This document shows, one piece after another, positions 1-11,181 of a stretch of DNA of 32,000 nt; within the stretch, counting starts at the first letter, position 1; each line of letters begins with the position of its first letter. The position numbers and the translations under genes are program-made. Location of the stretch: positions 2,101,835-2,133,834 of the forward strand of contig NC_001263.1 in assembly GCF_000008565.1 (NCBI RefSeq), given 5' to 3'. The notes under the pieces are model-generated. The model saw nothing but the letters and a program-made list of their open reading frames with translations, was not told the origin of the DNA and did no database searches. Source of the stretch: Deinococcus radiodurans R1 = ATCC 13939 = DSM 20539 (GTDB lineage: Bacteria; Deinococcota; Deinococci; Deinococcales; Deinococcaceae).

Positions 1-16
1 TGACACGCTCGATTCT

Positions 17-1606
17 TTGCTGCACGACGGCGAGTCGGGCACCCTTGCCCCCGAGGCCCCGGTGCAGATTCGCCCGGTGCGTCGCCCCGCCGGTCAGGTG
101 CCGACCACTTCCATCGAAGCGCTGAGCGGAGTGGAGCCGCCCGCGCCGCGCGCCGAGGTGCAGGTCCGCGCCTACCGCGATCCCAGCCGCCGGACGCCAA
201 CCGCTGCCGAGGAGCCGGTGGCACCCACCCGCACGTCCCGTTCGGCGCGGGCCCGGCCTACTCCGGCGGAAACGGTGCCGAGTGCGCCTGTACAGGCTCC
301 AGTAGCCGAGGCACGACCTGAGCCCAAGCCCCGCCCACCAACCAAAGCTGCCGCGCCCGTTCCAGCGGCCAGCCCCGCTGAGGAGACAGAGGCCGCGCCC
401 GCCAGTGCCCCCCGCAGCGGGTGGCTGAGCAGCGCCCTCAACGATTGGCTCAAGGAACCGGAGGCGCCAGCGGCCCCGCGCCGTGAGGCGGCTCCTGCTC
501 GGCAGGTGCAAGAACGCTCGACGGCGACGCAGACCCAGGTGATTCAGGCCGCGCCGAAGCCTGCCCCGGCCCCGCAGCCTGACAGCGACCCGTCTCTGCC
601 ACGCACCTTGCAAGAAGCTCTGGCCTCCGACCGGCTGCCCGACCTGCCGGTGGAACTGCTCGAACGGCTCTGGGAACAGGAACAGGCGGCTCAGGAACAA
701 GAGGAGCCCGCGCCCGCGCCCCGCGCTCCTGTGCGGCCCGTCGCTGCAGCTCTGTCCCCGGCGCCTTCCCCAGCAGCGCCGCCCCGACTGCCCGAGCCCG
801 CGCTGCCGCTGGGCCCGCTGCCGGAGGGCGCGCACGTCGCTGTGCCCACCCTGCAACCGATGTTTCCGGGCGCCGCTCCCTTCCTGGCGCGCTTTTTGCC
901 GCTCAGCGCCCCGCTGCAACTGGGGCTCAGCAGCCGGTTTTGCGACCTGCACGCCTTTCTGAAGTACCTGCACGAGCTGAGCTGGTACGGTTACCTGCAC
1001 GTTTCGATGGGCGACCTCAGCACATACGCGCTGGTGTACGAGGGCCGGGTGGTCGCCGCCGCCGCCGTGAACGCGACCGGCGAGCAGGCGTTGGGCGAGC
1101 TGCTCTCGCTTTACGAGCAGGGCGCCACGATGGCGACCTATCCCCTGCCCCCCACCTATGCCCACGTTCTGAGCGGCGTCGGCTCGCGGGCGTGGAAATT
1201 CGACCTCACTGAGGATTTCACCGGGCTGTATGTCCACCCGGACGGCGCGCTGCTGTACTCACGCGGCGAAGTGGTGGCCGCCATGCCGGCGGGCCTGCCC
1301 TACGAGGGAGCCTTCCCGGCGCCGCTGCGGCCTCAAACCCTCATCCTGCCGCGCTCCTTCGCGGGGTGGGCGCACCGCATCTACATTCCCACCCTGCGCG
1401 GGCGCGACGCCAACAACCCGATTACCAGTGTCTACCACGGCTTCCGCGAACAGTACGGGGCCGCCGGAGCACAACTCATCCGGGCGCTGGGCGAGGGTCA
1501 GACTCCCGCCGAGTACGCCGTGCGGGCTGACGTGGCGCTGCACGACCTCGAGCCGCTGCTCCAGGAACTGACGCGGGGCGGGTATCTCAAAGAACACGGC
1601 GACTGA
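17..1606 (+). CDS. Hypothetical protein with a ~290-aa Pro/Ala-rich low-complexity N-terminal region and a ~230-aa globular C-terminal domain; possibly truncated at the window edge
   Basis: ORF 17..1606 starts at TTG 17, but the frame stays open back to position 2, so the true start may lie upstream of the window. The N-terminal part is P/A/E/R-rich. The C-terminal part (from about SSRFCDLHAFLKYLHEL, including GEQALGELLSLYEQG) has normal composition and reminds me of DUF4388-type domains; that assignment is from memory only. Confidence 0.55.
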   Translation: MLHDGESGTLAPEAPVQIRPVRRPAGQVPTTSIEALSGVEPPAPRAEVQVRAYRDPSRRTPTAAEEPVAPTRTSRSARARPTPAETVPSAPVQAPVAEARPEPKPRPPTKAAAPVPAASPAEETEAAPASAPRSGWLSSALNDWLKEPEAPAAPRREAAPARQVQERSTATQTQVIQAAPKPAPAPQPDSDPSLPRTLQEALASDRLPDLPVELLERLWEQEQAAQEQEEPAPAPRAPVRPVAAALSPAPSPAAPPRLPEPALPLGPLPEGAHVAVPTLQPMFPGAAPFLARFLPLSAPLQLGLSSRFCDLHAFLKYLHELSWYGYLHVSMGDLSTYALVYEGRVVAAAAVNATGEQALGELLSLYEQGATMATYPLPPTYAHVLSGVGSRAWKFDLTEDFTGLYVHPDGALLYSRGEVVAAMPAGLPYEGAFPAPLRPQTLILPRSFAGWAHRIYIPTLRGRDANNPITSVYHGFREQYGAAGAQLIRALGEGQTPAEYAVRADVALHDLEPLLQELTRGGYLKEHGD

Positions 1607-1690
1607 AGCCCTGAGGCCCGCGCCACCAAACGAGCGGCAGCGGCGTCATTTGCGCCTGGCGTCACGGTCCTCGCGGCGGGCAGGCGCAGA

Positions 1691-2773
1691 ATGCGGGCCA
1701 TGAACGCTGCCCCAGCTCCGCTTCTGCGCTCTCTGGTGACAGGGACTCCGCCCTACAGCGCGCTTCAGAGCGAGGTGCAGGCCGCCGCCCGCACCCTCTT
1801 TCCGCGCATGAGCGAGCGCCGGCACATGCTCGACGTGTTTACCAACGCGCAGATCGAGCGCCGCGCCCTTTCGCGCCCGCTGGCGTGGTACCTCGAACCA
1901 CACGGTTTTGCCGAGAAAAACGGGGTGTTTCTGGAAGAAGCCCGCGCCCTGATCGTCCGGCTCGCCCGCGAAGCGCTGGATAAGGCCGAGCTCGCCCCCG
2001 CCGACGTGGACGCCGTGGTGGTCGTCAACACCTCGGGCCTCAGCACGCCGAGCCTGGACGCCTACCTGATTGGGGCGCTGGGCCTCAACCCCCACGCCGC
2101 CCGCTTGCCGGTCTGGGGTCTGGGCTGCGCGGGCGGGGCAAGCGGACTGGCGCGCGCCGCCGACCTGGTGCGCGCCGGGTTCAAGCGGGTGCTGTACGTG
2201 GCCGTCGAACTGTGCAGCCTGACGCTGGTCAAGGGCGACGAGTCCAAGAGCAATTTCGTGGGCACGGCTCTCTTTGCCGACGGCGGCGCCGCGCTGGTCG
2301 TCACGGCGCCCGACGTTCCTGGCCCCCGACCCCTGCTGGCGCTGCACGGCGGCTTTTCGACGCTGATCGAGGACAGCGAGGACATCATGGGCTGGGACGT
2401 GGTGGACGACGGGCTCAAGGTCCGCTTCTCGCGCGACATTCCGACGCTGGTGAATTCCATGATGCAGGAGAACGTGGCACAGGCCCTCGCCGCACAGGGC
2501 TGGGCGCGGGACGACGTGCAGACCTTCGTGGTGCATCCCGGCGGCGTGAAGGTGGTCGCCGCCTACGAGCAGGCGCTGGGCCTGCCGGACGGCACGCTGG
2601 ATAGCAGCCGCGCGGTGCTGCGAGAGTACGGCAACATGAGCAGCGCGACCGTGCTGTTCGTGCTTGAAGAGGTGCTGAGGAGTCGGCCCCAGGGACGCGG
2701 CCTGCTGAGCGCGATGGGCCCTGGCTTCAGCGCCGAGCATGTGCTGCTCGACTTTGGCGGCGGGGAAGCGTGA
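1691..2773 (+). CDS. Type III polyketide synthase (chalcone/stilbene synthase family)
   Basis: The 360-aa ORF carries the family catalytic triad contexts: Cys in [12 protein letters not shown], His in [10 protein letters not shown] and Asn in [15 protein letters not shown]. It also has the C-terminal GPGFSAE motif. An alternative ATG lies at 1700. Confidence 0.9.
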   Translation: MRAMNAAPAPLLRSLVTGTPPYSALQSEVQAAARTLFPRMSERRHMLDVFTNAQIERRALSRPLAWYLEPHGFAEKNGVFLEEARALIVRLAREALDKAELAPADVDAVVVVNTSGLSTPSLDAYLIGALGLNPHAARLPVWGLGCAGGASGLARAADLVRAGFKRVLYVAVELCSLTLVKGDESKSNFVGTALFADGGAALVVTAPDVPGPRPLLALHGGFSTLIEDSEDIMGWDVVDDGLKVRFSRDIPTLVNSMMQENVAQALAAQGWARDDVQTFVVHPGGVKVVAAYEQALGLPDGTLDSSRAVLREYGNMSSATVLFVLEEVLRSRPQGRGLLSAMGPGFSAEHVLLDFGGGEA

Positions 2774-2813
2774 AGCGTTGGCCCCGCCTCCCCGCGCCGA
2801 TTACACTCGCGGC

Positions 2814-3281
2814 ATGATTGACCTGATCGCCCGTAAACGTCCCCCGGCTGGCCTGCGCCCGGCGCTGCGGGCGAGCCTGAGCGCGGCCATGCAGCATTTC
2901 GGCGGGGAGGAGCGCGAGGTGACGGTGGTGCTGGTGGGCGACCCGGAGATTCGCGCGCTCAAGCTCGAACACTGGGGCGAGGACGCCGCCACCGACGTGC
3001 TGAGTTTTCCGACCTGGGAACCGGGCGACCCCTTCATGCCGCCGCACCTCGGCGACATCATCATCAGCCTCGACACGGCGCAGCGGCAGGCCGAGAGCCG
3101 GGGCCACTCGCTGACCCGTGAGGTTGCGCTGCTCGCCAGCCACGGCCTGACCCACCTCGTCGGCCACGACCACCCCCACGCCGAGGGCCTGGGCTTCGAG
3201 GAAGGCGCGACCGGCGAGGACTGGCAGGTGTTCCACGACGCCTGGGCCGCCGCGCAGACGGGCCTGCCCGCCGGAGCCTGA
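2814..3281 (+). CDS. ybeY: rRNA maturation endoribonuclease YbeY
   Basis: The zinc-binding motif HGLTHLVGHDH is present and the size is typical (155 aa). I chose the internal ATG at 2814 (MIDLIARKR...). The track ORF start at 2739 would overlap the PKS gene. Confidence 0.9.
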   Translation: MIDLIARKRPPAGLRPALRASLSAAMQHFGGEEREVTVVLVGDPEIRALKLEHWGEDAATDVLSFPTWEPGDPFMPPHLGDIIISLDTAQRQAESRGHSLTREVALLASHGLTHLVGHDHPHAEGLGFEEGATGEDWQVFHDAWAAAQTGLPAGA

Positions 3282-3284
3282 CGC

Positions 3285-3668
3285 GTGAACTCGGCGGGCT
3301 CGGCCCTCTCGTGGAAACGCTGGTGGCGCTCGGCGGGCTTCGCCTGGGCCGGAATTGCTCATAGCTACCGCACCCAGCCCAACTTTCGGATCGAGACGTG
3401 GGCAGCGGTGCTGGCCCTCGCGCTCACCGCATGGCTGCGGGCGCCGCTCGCCCCGATAGCGTTGGCGTGCGCCCTGGTGCTGGCGCTGGAACTCGTCAAT
3501 ACCGCCGTCGAAGCGGTGGTGGACCTCGTCAGCCCCGAGCCGCACCCCCTCGCCGGGGTCGCCAAAGATGCCGCCGCCGCCGCCGTTCTGCTCGCCAGCC
3601 TCGGCGCGGTGGTGGTCGGGTTGGCCGTGCTGGGGCCGCCGCTGTGGGCGTGGGTGAGTCGGCTCTAG
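3285..3668 (+). CDS. dgkA: Diacylglycerol kinase / undecaprenol kinase family membrane protein
   Basis: The 127-aa hydrophobic protein has the DgkA signature LELVNTAVEAVVDLVSPEPHPLAGVAKD. Its GTG start is 4 nt after the ybeY stop, matching the classic ybeY-dgkA pairing. Confidence 0.85.
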   Translation: MNSAGSALSWKRWWRSAGFAWAGIAHSYRTQPNFRIETWAAVLALALTAWLRAPLAPIALACALVLALELVNTAVEAVVDLVSPEPHPLAGVAKDAAAAAVLLASLGAVVVGLAVLGPPLWAWVSRL

Positions 3669-3683
3669 CCGTTGTTGAAGCGC

Positions 3684-4142
3684 TCAGACCGTCGAAGCGT
3701 AGGGATTTTCGAGTTGCACCAGCCGGGCATGGTCGGCGCGTTCGCTCTCGGCAATCAGGTCGGCAAGGGTCGTGTTGCCCAGCACGTCGCGCAGGGCGGC
3801 GTCCACCCGGAACCACAGGTTTTGCGTGCCGCACACATTGCGGCTGTCGCATACGTGGTCGTCTTCCACACACGACACTGGGGCAATGCTGCCTTCGAGC
3901 GCCGTCACCACGTCGTAGGCGTTGATGGCCTCGGCGGGCCGGGCAAGGCGGTAGCCGCCGTGCGCCCCGCGAATGCTCTTGATAAAGCCCGCGCGGCGCA
4001 GGTTGCTGGCAATCTGTTCGAGGTAATGCTGACTGAGGCCCTGGCGCTCGGCCACGTCCTTGAGCGGCACCGCTTCGCCGCCCCGGCGACCGATCTCGAC
4101 CAGGGCGCGCAGGCCGTACTGAGCTTTGGTGGACACCCACAT
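3684..4142 (-). CDS. Rrf2 family transcriptional regulator with a three-Cys putative Fe-S cluster site
   Basis: MWVSTKAQYGLRALVEI... is a canonical Rrf2 N-terminus with a winged HTH (GLSQHYLEQIASNLRRAGFIKSIRGAHGGYRLAR). The Cys triad CVEDDHVCDSRNVC follows. The start is ATG 4142, with an alternative ATG at 4151. The 443-aa track ORF is an artefactual upstream extension. Confidence 0.9.
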   Translation of the reverse strand: MWVSTKAQYGLRALVEIGRRGGEAVPLKDVAERQGLSQHYLEQIASNLRRAGFIKSIRGAHGGYRLARPAEAINAYDVVTALEGSIAPVSCVEDDHVCDSRNVCGTQNLWFRVDAALRDVLGNTTLADLIAESERADHARLVQLENPYASTV

Positions 4143-4277
4143 ACCCGTCATTCTAGCCCGCGCGCCGCAGGCCGACTGTGGCCTTGCAGCTGCGGCCTCC
4201 AGCAGGCGCTCGCCCTCCCTGCAATGCCGGCCAGGAGCGGGCAAACGCCCCCTGACCGTATGGTAGCCTGTGGGCAT

Positions 4278-4934
4278 ATGAAGAACACCTTCGCCGTCAC
4301 CATGACGCTGCTGCTGGCGCTGACCATCGGCGGGTCTATCGCGGGCTACAACATCGCCACCAAGTCGCACCACGAAGAGGCTGCCGCGCACGGTGAGGGC
4401 AAAGGCACCGAAAAGGGCACCGACGCGACCACCAGCGGCGCCGCCGGGAGCAAGGACAGCACCGCCGAAACCAGCCAGGAAAACACGACCACCCAGAGTG
4501 CCGAGGCCGGTGCCCAGGACGGCGAACCCAACCCTGAGGCGAACACCAACGCCAGCACGGCCACCGACGGGGTGAACAACGCCGGCAGCACCAGCAACGG
4601 CAACGACAACGAGCCCGGCACCACCGGCAACACCCCCGAGAACATGGCCGCCGCGCAGCCCGACACCAACAAGGCGAGCGCGAGCGGCGACGCGGACGCG
4701 GGCAAAGAGAAGTTCGCCGGAACCTGCGCCGGCTGCCACGGTGCCAATGCCGAGGGCGGCGTTGGCCCGGCGCTGAACATCGTCAAGGACTGGAGCCTCG
4801 AAGACTTCACCACCGCGCTGCGTCAGGGCCGCGCGCCCAACAAGACCCTCAGCCCGGTCATGCCCCGCTTCGTGGCGACCCAGGTCAGCGACCAGGACAT
4901 CTCCAACATCCACGAGTACCTCAAGGGCCTCTGA
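4278..4934 (+). CDS. Membrane-anchored class I c-type cytochrome with a long low-complexity linker
   Basis: From ATG 4278 the protein begins with an N-terminal hydrophobic anchor (MKNTFAVTMTLLLALTIGGSIAG). A ~130-aa T/N/G/A/E-rich linker follows, then the heme motif CAGCH and a distal Met region (SPVMPRF). The rest of track ORF 3672..4934 is antisense to the Rrf2 gene. Confidence 0.85.
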   Translation: MKNTFAVTMTLLLALTIGGSIAGYNIATKSHHEEAAAHGEGKGTEKGTDATTSGAAGSKDSTAETSQENTTTQSAEAGAQDGEPNPEANTNASTATDGVNNAGSTSNGNDNEPGTTGNTPENMAAAQPDTNKASASGDADAGKEKFAGTCAGCHGANAEGGVGPALNIVKDWSLEDFTTALRQGRAPNKTLSPVMPRFVATQVSDQDISNIHEYLKGL

Positions 4935-4949
4935 GGCTTTTTCCCGGCC

Positions 4950-4986
4950 CGCTCCGTCTTCCGCGTGAAGGCGGGGCGCTTTTTTT
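4950..4986 (+). terminator. Intrinsic terminator after the cytochrome c gene
   Basis: A 12-bp stem (4950-4961 pairs with 4967-4978, including two G-U pairs) encloses loop CGCGT. A T run at 4980-4986 follows. The structure begins 16 nt after the TGA at 4932-4934. Confidence 0.7.
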
Positions 4987-5047
4987 GCAGAGCTTTTTGA
5001 CAGGGCGGCCCGCAACTTTTCACCCGGTGCCCGCGTACTCTGACCTG

Positions 5048-6655
<1,608 letters not shown>

Positions 6656-6665
6656 GCGCGTGAGG

Positions 6666-6703
6666 GCAGGGGCCGCCGGGCAAAAAGTCCAGGCGGCCCC
6701 TGC
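6666..6703 (+). terminator. Perfect 12-bp GC-rich hairpin after sppA (terminator-like, no U tract)
   Basis: GCAGGGGCCGCC (6666-6677) pairs perfectly with GGCGGCCCCTGC (6692-6703) around a 14-nt loop. It starts 11 nt after the sppA stop. No T run follows, so its function as a terminator is uncertain. Confidence 0.35.
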
Positions 6704-6747
6704 TCCTGGCTCACCACGCCAGTCTCCCCGCGTGCTGAGCTGACAGG

Positions 6748-7005
6748 ATGCACAGCGACACCGTCATCCAGATCGTTTCCATCCTCGGCGCCATTCAGAT
6801 TCTCGTCGCCTATGTGCTGGCGCAGACCGGGCGTATGCCGACGGGCAGCCGCACCTACAACCTGCTCAACTTCGTGGGCAGCGGGCTGCTTGCCATCGTC
6901 GCGGTGCTGGAACGCAACTGGGGGTTCATCCTGCTGGAAGGCACGTGGTCGCTCGTCAGCCTCGCGGCGCTGCTGTGGCCGGGCAAGATGGGCGGCGGGC
7001 ACTGA
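6748..7005 (+). CDS. Small (85 aa) integral membrane protein, about three predicted TM helices
   Basis: The ORF has an ATG start and hydrophobic segments [34 protein letters not shown] and [13 protein letters not shown]. It vaguely resembles the CBU_0592-type small membrane proteins, from memory only. Confidence 0.55.
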   Translation: MHSDTVIQIVSILGAIQILVAYVLAQTGRMPTGSRTYNLLNFVGSGLLAIVAVLERNWGFILLEGTWSLVSLAALLWPGKMGGGH

Positions 7006-7020
7006 GCCAGCCAGAGAAGC

Positions 7021-7045
7021 AATAAAAAATCCGCCTCTTGGGCGG
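7021..7045 (-). terminator. Intrinsic terminator for the MFS gene (minus strand); hairpin also sits 3' of the small membrane gene
   Basis: The hairpin is CCGCC-TCTTG-GGCGG (7031-7045). On the minus strand it is followed by ATTTTTTATT (7030-7021). It lies 41 nt downstream of the MFS stop at 7087. Confidence 0.6.
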
Positions 7046-7086
7046 TGATGGTCAAAAGATAGCGTCGTATACAGGAATTGTCAAGC

Positions 7087-8475
7087 TTATGCACCGCCTG
7101 GGCCGCTTTCCAATCGCCGCGCCGCTGCCCAGGGCACCAGCGACGCCAGGATGCACATCCCGAACGCGAGCGTGAGCGCCTGCGTCAGCGGCAAACGGGC
7201 GACCAGCGCTCCGCCGATGCCTGCCGAGAGCGCGACCATCAGCACTTCGATGTTGGCCCACTGGCCCGAGAGCTGCCCGCGTTCTTCGGTGGAGACGTGG
7301 CTCATGGCCCACAGGCTGTTGGAGTTGTATGCCACACCCATGCCGGTGCCCGCCACCAGCCAGCCCAGGTACGCCGCCCAGACCGGCAGCGGCCCCAGCA
7401 CGCCCAGTGCAGCGAGAACCAGCCCGGCGGTGAGCACAGCGGCCCCTCCCCGGATGCGTGCCAGGCGTGAGCCGGGGCCGTATTTCTTTTCCAGTTGCGC
7501 TTGCAGCCACGCGCCCGTCGTCCACGCGATGCCCCCGATGCTGATGATCCACCCCGCGTCGCGCAGGCTGAGGTCGTGCAACCGCCGCAGCGCCAGCGTC
7601 ATGAAGGGACCGAGGCCCATCTGCGCGAAGGCGATAAACCCGCGCACTGCCAGCGCCGACGGCAGACCGGGCCGCAGGGTCCAGAGGCCCGCCGGAAAGA
7701 GGGGCCGCATGGCGATCACTACACCGACCAGACCAGCGACGGTGAGTGCAGCTCCCAGCGCGTCGGGACGGCGCAGGCCCTCAATCAGTGCAGCGGCGGC
7801 CAGCAGCAGCGCCAGCGCGGGCCACAGGATGCGTTTGGAACTCTTGGGGGCCGAGCTGCGCGGCAGGGTCCGCAGTGGCAACAGGCACAGCGGCGCCGCC
7901 AGCACCAGCAGTCCCGCCAGTCCGCCGAAGACCACCCGCCATGACCACGCTTCCGCTACCGCGCTCGCCAGAGGCGGTCCTATCAGCCCCGGCACCAGCC
8001 ACATGCTCGACACCGCCGCCAGCATCCGCGCCTGCGCCTGTCCCGCATACGCCGCTGGAATCACCACGAACGGCAGCGCCGCCAGCCCGCCGACTCCCAG
8101 CCCTTCCACCACTCGCGCCGCGACGATAAGCGGCATGGTCGGGGCCAGCGCCAGCAGCCCGAGGCCGATGCCGAACAGCCCCAGGCCCAGACCTGCGCCC
8201 CACGCCGCCCCGCGCCGGTCGGTGAGCAGCCCTGCCACAATCGCCCCCAGCAGGTTCGCCAGCATAAAAGCGCTTGACGCCCAGCCGTAGAGTCCCAGCC
8301 CACGCAGCTCCGTCGCCACCCGGGGCATCATCGTGCCGACCGCTGCCGACTCGAAAGCGACGACCAGAATGACGATCAGCAATCCGGCCCCCAGGGCGCG
8401 GGGCGGGTGGGACGGGGCGGCACTCAGGGAAGCAGAAGAAGACACGGCTGGCCATGCTCGCACAATGCAGGGCAA
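7087..8475 (-). CDS. MFS transporter
   Basis: The protein is about 450 aa and highly hydrophobic, with about 12 predicted TM segments. An MFS-like loop (LLTDRRGAAW) follows TM2. The start is uncertain: TTG 8475, GTG 8463 and GTG 8445 are all possible and none has a clear SD. Confidence 0.85.
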   Translation of the reverse strand: MPCIVRAWPAVSSSASLSAAPSHPPRALGAGLLIVILVVAFESAAVGTMMPRVATELRGLGLYGWASSAFMLANLLGAIVAGLLTDRRGAAWGAGLGLGLFGIGLGLLALAPTMPLIVAARVVEGLGVGGLAALPFVVIPAAYAGQAQARMLAAVSSMWLVPGLIGPPLASAVAEAWSWRVVFGGLAGLLVLAAPLCLLPLRTLPRSSAPKSSKRILWPALALLLAAAALIEGLRRPDALGAALTVAGLVGVVIAMRPLFPAGLWTLRPGLPSALAVRGFIAFAQMGLGPFMTLALRRLHDLSLRDAGWIISIGGIAWTTGAWLQAQLEKKYGPGSRLARIRGGAAVLTAGLVLAALGVLGPLPVWAAYLGWLVAGTGMGVAYNSNSLWAMSHVSTEERGQLSGQWANIEVLMVALSAGIGGALVARLPLTQALTLAFGMCILASLVPWAAARRLESGPGGA

Positions 8476-8481
8476 AGTGGG

Positions 8482-9333
8482 CTAGCGAAACTCCGCCTCC
8501 GCAAATGCCTCGTCTATCAAGCCCACCTTCTCATAGGCCAGGGTCCGCTGCCCGCCCGGTGCCACCCAGCCCCGCTGCACGGTGCGACTCGTGCCGGAGC
8601 CGCCGCGCTGCTCGAAGTCGAGGCCGCCGGGCCAGCTGGGCCGCGTGCCACTCAGCGGAGTGACCCGCCCTAGAACCGCCTCCAGCGCGTCGGGTCTGGG
8701 CTGAGGCCAGGCATCGTCGGGCGTGCGGTCGGTCTGCGCCTGCCAGGTCAGTGTCCAGTGACCGTCCTGCCACGTCCAGCAGGTGACGCGGTGCGCTATC
8801 CATTCACACTGTTGCTCGGCACTCCCCCGCGCAGTGAGCAGCACATTCACCCCGCCTTCGCTGTGGCCTACGCCGGGCACGGGACCACGTTGGTGGCGGG
8901 TGGCGGCCAGAGCAGCCTGCTCGGGGGTGCGTTGCTGAGCAGCTTGTACGGCGCCGGGCGTCTTGCCCAGCCAGAGCTGACCAGTCTGCCAGCGTAAGGG
9001 AAGGCCCAGAGCACTGTTCAGATCACGGGCCGCGAGCCAGAAACCGCCTGCCAAAGTTGCTGACTTGCGTGGCGGGTTAAAGAGCACAGTACGGGACTGG
9101 CTCGACGCCGCTTTCATCGTGGCTCTGCCTTGAGTGTCCACCAGAAAGGTCACGTCTGGCCGGTAAGCGTCCGCCAGGCTGATGCTGTCCGGCGTCTGAC
9201 GGCAACTCAGGTCTTCCCGGTTTTGCTGCAACCACTGGCAGTTCACGTAGGCGCGGCCTGCGATGACTCGCACCGCCTGTGGTGGCAAAGGTGCCTGAAG
9301 GGAGGCAGCAGCAGTGAGCAGGGTCAGCAGCAT
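8482..9333 (-). CDS. Hypothetical secreted protein (signal peptide, Trp-rich), no family recognised
   Basis: I chose ATG 9333, giving MLLTLLTAAASLQAPLPP..., which looks like a signal peptide. The track start at 9462 adds an implausible leader. The gene ends 6 nt before the longest MFS ORF start on the same strand. Confidence 0.6.
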   Translation of the reverse strand: MLLTLLTAAASLQAPLPPQAVRVIAGRAYVNCQWLQQNREDLSCRQTPDSISLADAYRPDVTFLVDTQGRATMKAASSQSRTVLFNPPRKSATLAGGFWLAARDLNSALGLPLRWQTGQLWLGKTPGAVQAAQQRTPEQAALAATRHQRGPVPGVGHSEGGVNVLLTARGSAEQQCEWIAHRVTCWTWQDGHWTLTWQAQTDRTPDDAWPQPRPDALEAVLGRVTPLSGTRPSWPGGLDFEQRGGSGTSRTVQRGWVAPGGQRTLAYEKVGLIDEAFAEAEFR

Positions 9334-9454
9334 GCCCCAGCGTAGCGGGCGAAGCTGACGGGTGCGTCCATCAAAAGAAGGACGGCACCCAGGCGCTCTC
9401 ACAGTGAGCCCACAGAGTATGCTGACTTCACCCCAGCACCCGAGGAGAACAACG

Positions 9455-9760
9455 ATGGTCATTTCGCACGGAACACTCAGCGCCAGCGCCGAACACGCCG
9501 CCCACCTTCGTCAACTGCTCGTCCATATTGCTCAGGCGACCCGGCAGGAAGACGGCTGCCTGCTGTATCTCGTGTCCGAGGACCTGAGCCAGCCGGGCCA
9601 TTTTTTGATTACGGAACACTGGGACAACCTCGGGGCCATGCACACCCATCTGGCTCTCCCCGGCGTGACTCAGGCCATAGACGCCCTCAAGCACCTGAAC
9701 GTCACCGACTTGAAGATCACGGCCTATGAAGCGGGCGAAGCCATTAACATTATGGGCTGA
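9455..9760 (+). CDS. Antibiotic-biosynthesis-monooxygenase (ABM) domain protein, putative quinol monooxygenase
   Basis: The 101-aa protein has an ABM-like pattern (LLVHIAQATRQEDGCLLYLVSEDLSQPGHFLITEHWDNLGAMHTHL). ATG 9455 is preceded by the SD GAGGAG at 9442-9447. Confidence 0.8.
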   Translation: MVISHGTLSASAEHAAHLRQLLVHIAQATRQEDGCLLYLVSEDLSQPGHFLITEHWDNLGAMHTHLALPGVTQAIDALKHLNVTDLKITAYEAGEAINIMG

Positions 9761-9772
9761 AGGCCAAAAAGA

Positions 9773-9806
9773 CCGGCGGCCAGCCTCCGCAGAAGCTGAC
9801 CGCCGG
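9773..9806. terminator. Hairpin between convergent ABM gene and sufD (possible bidirectional terminator)
   Basis: CCGGCGGCCAGC (9773-9784) pairs with GCTGACCGCCGG (9795-9806), 12 bp with one mismatch and a 10-nt loop. It is flanked by AAAAAGA on the left and AAAGGGG on the right. No strong T run is present on either strand. Confidence 0.45.
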
Positions 9807-9820
9807 AAAGGGGTAAGCGC

Positions 9821-11173
<1,353 letters not shown>

Positions 11174-11181
11174 GGTTCTCC

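Noticed and set aside
17-900. Possible tandem DNA repeat underlying the Pro/Ala-rich region
   Set aside because: I could not find an exact or near-exact nucleotide period. The bias appears compositional (GCC/CCG/CCC codons) rather than a repeat array.
1646-2740. 364-aa ORF on the minus strand, antisense to the type III PKS
   Set aside because: It is fully antisense to a gene with unmistakable family motifs. Its sequence is Arg/Ala/Gly/His-rich with no recognisable domain, the typical shadow ORF of high-GC DNA.
4143-5015. N-terminal ~290 aa of the 443-aa minus-strand ORF (3684..5015), and likewise the first ~200 aa of plus-strand ORF 3672..4934
   Set aside because: The two track ORFs overlap each other almost completely. 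Only the 3' portion of each carries real motifs: the Rrf2 HTH on the minus strand, and the signal anchor plus CAGCH on the plus strand. The extensions are low-complexity antisense readings of the partner gene.
7151-8290. 379-aa plus-strand ORF antisense to the MFS transporter, plus several smaller ORFs in 7078-8303
   Set aside because: It is Pro/Ser/Ala/Arg-rich with no TM or domain signal. The opposite strand encodes a coherent 12-TM transporter.
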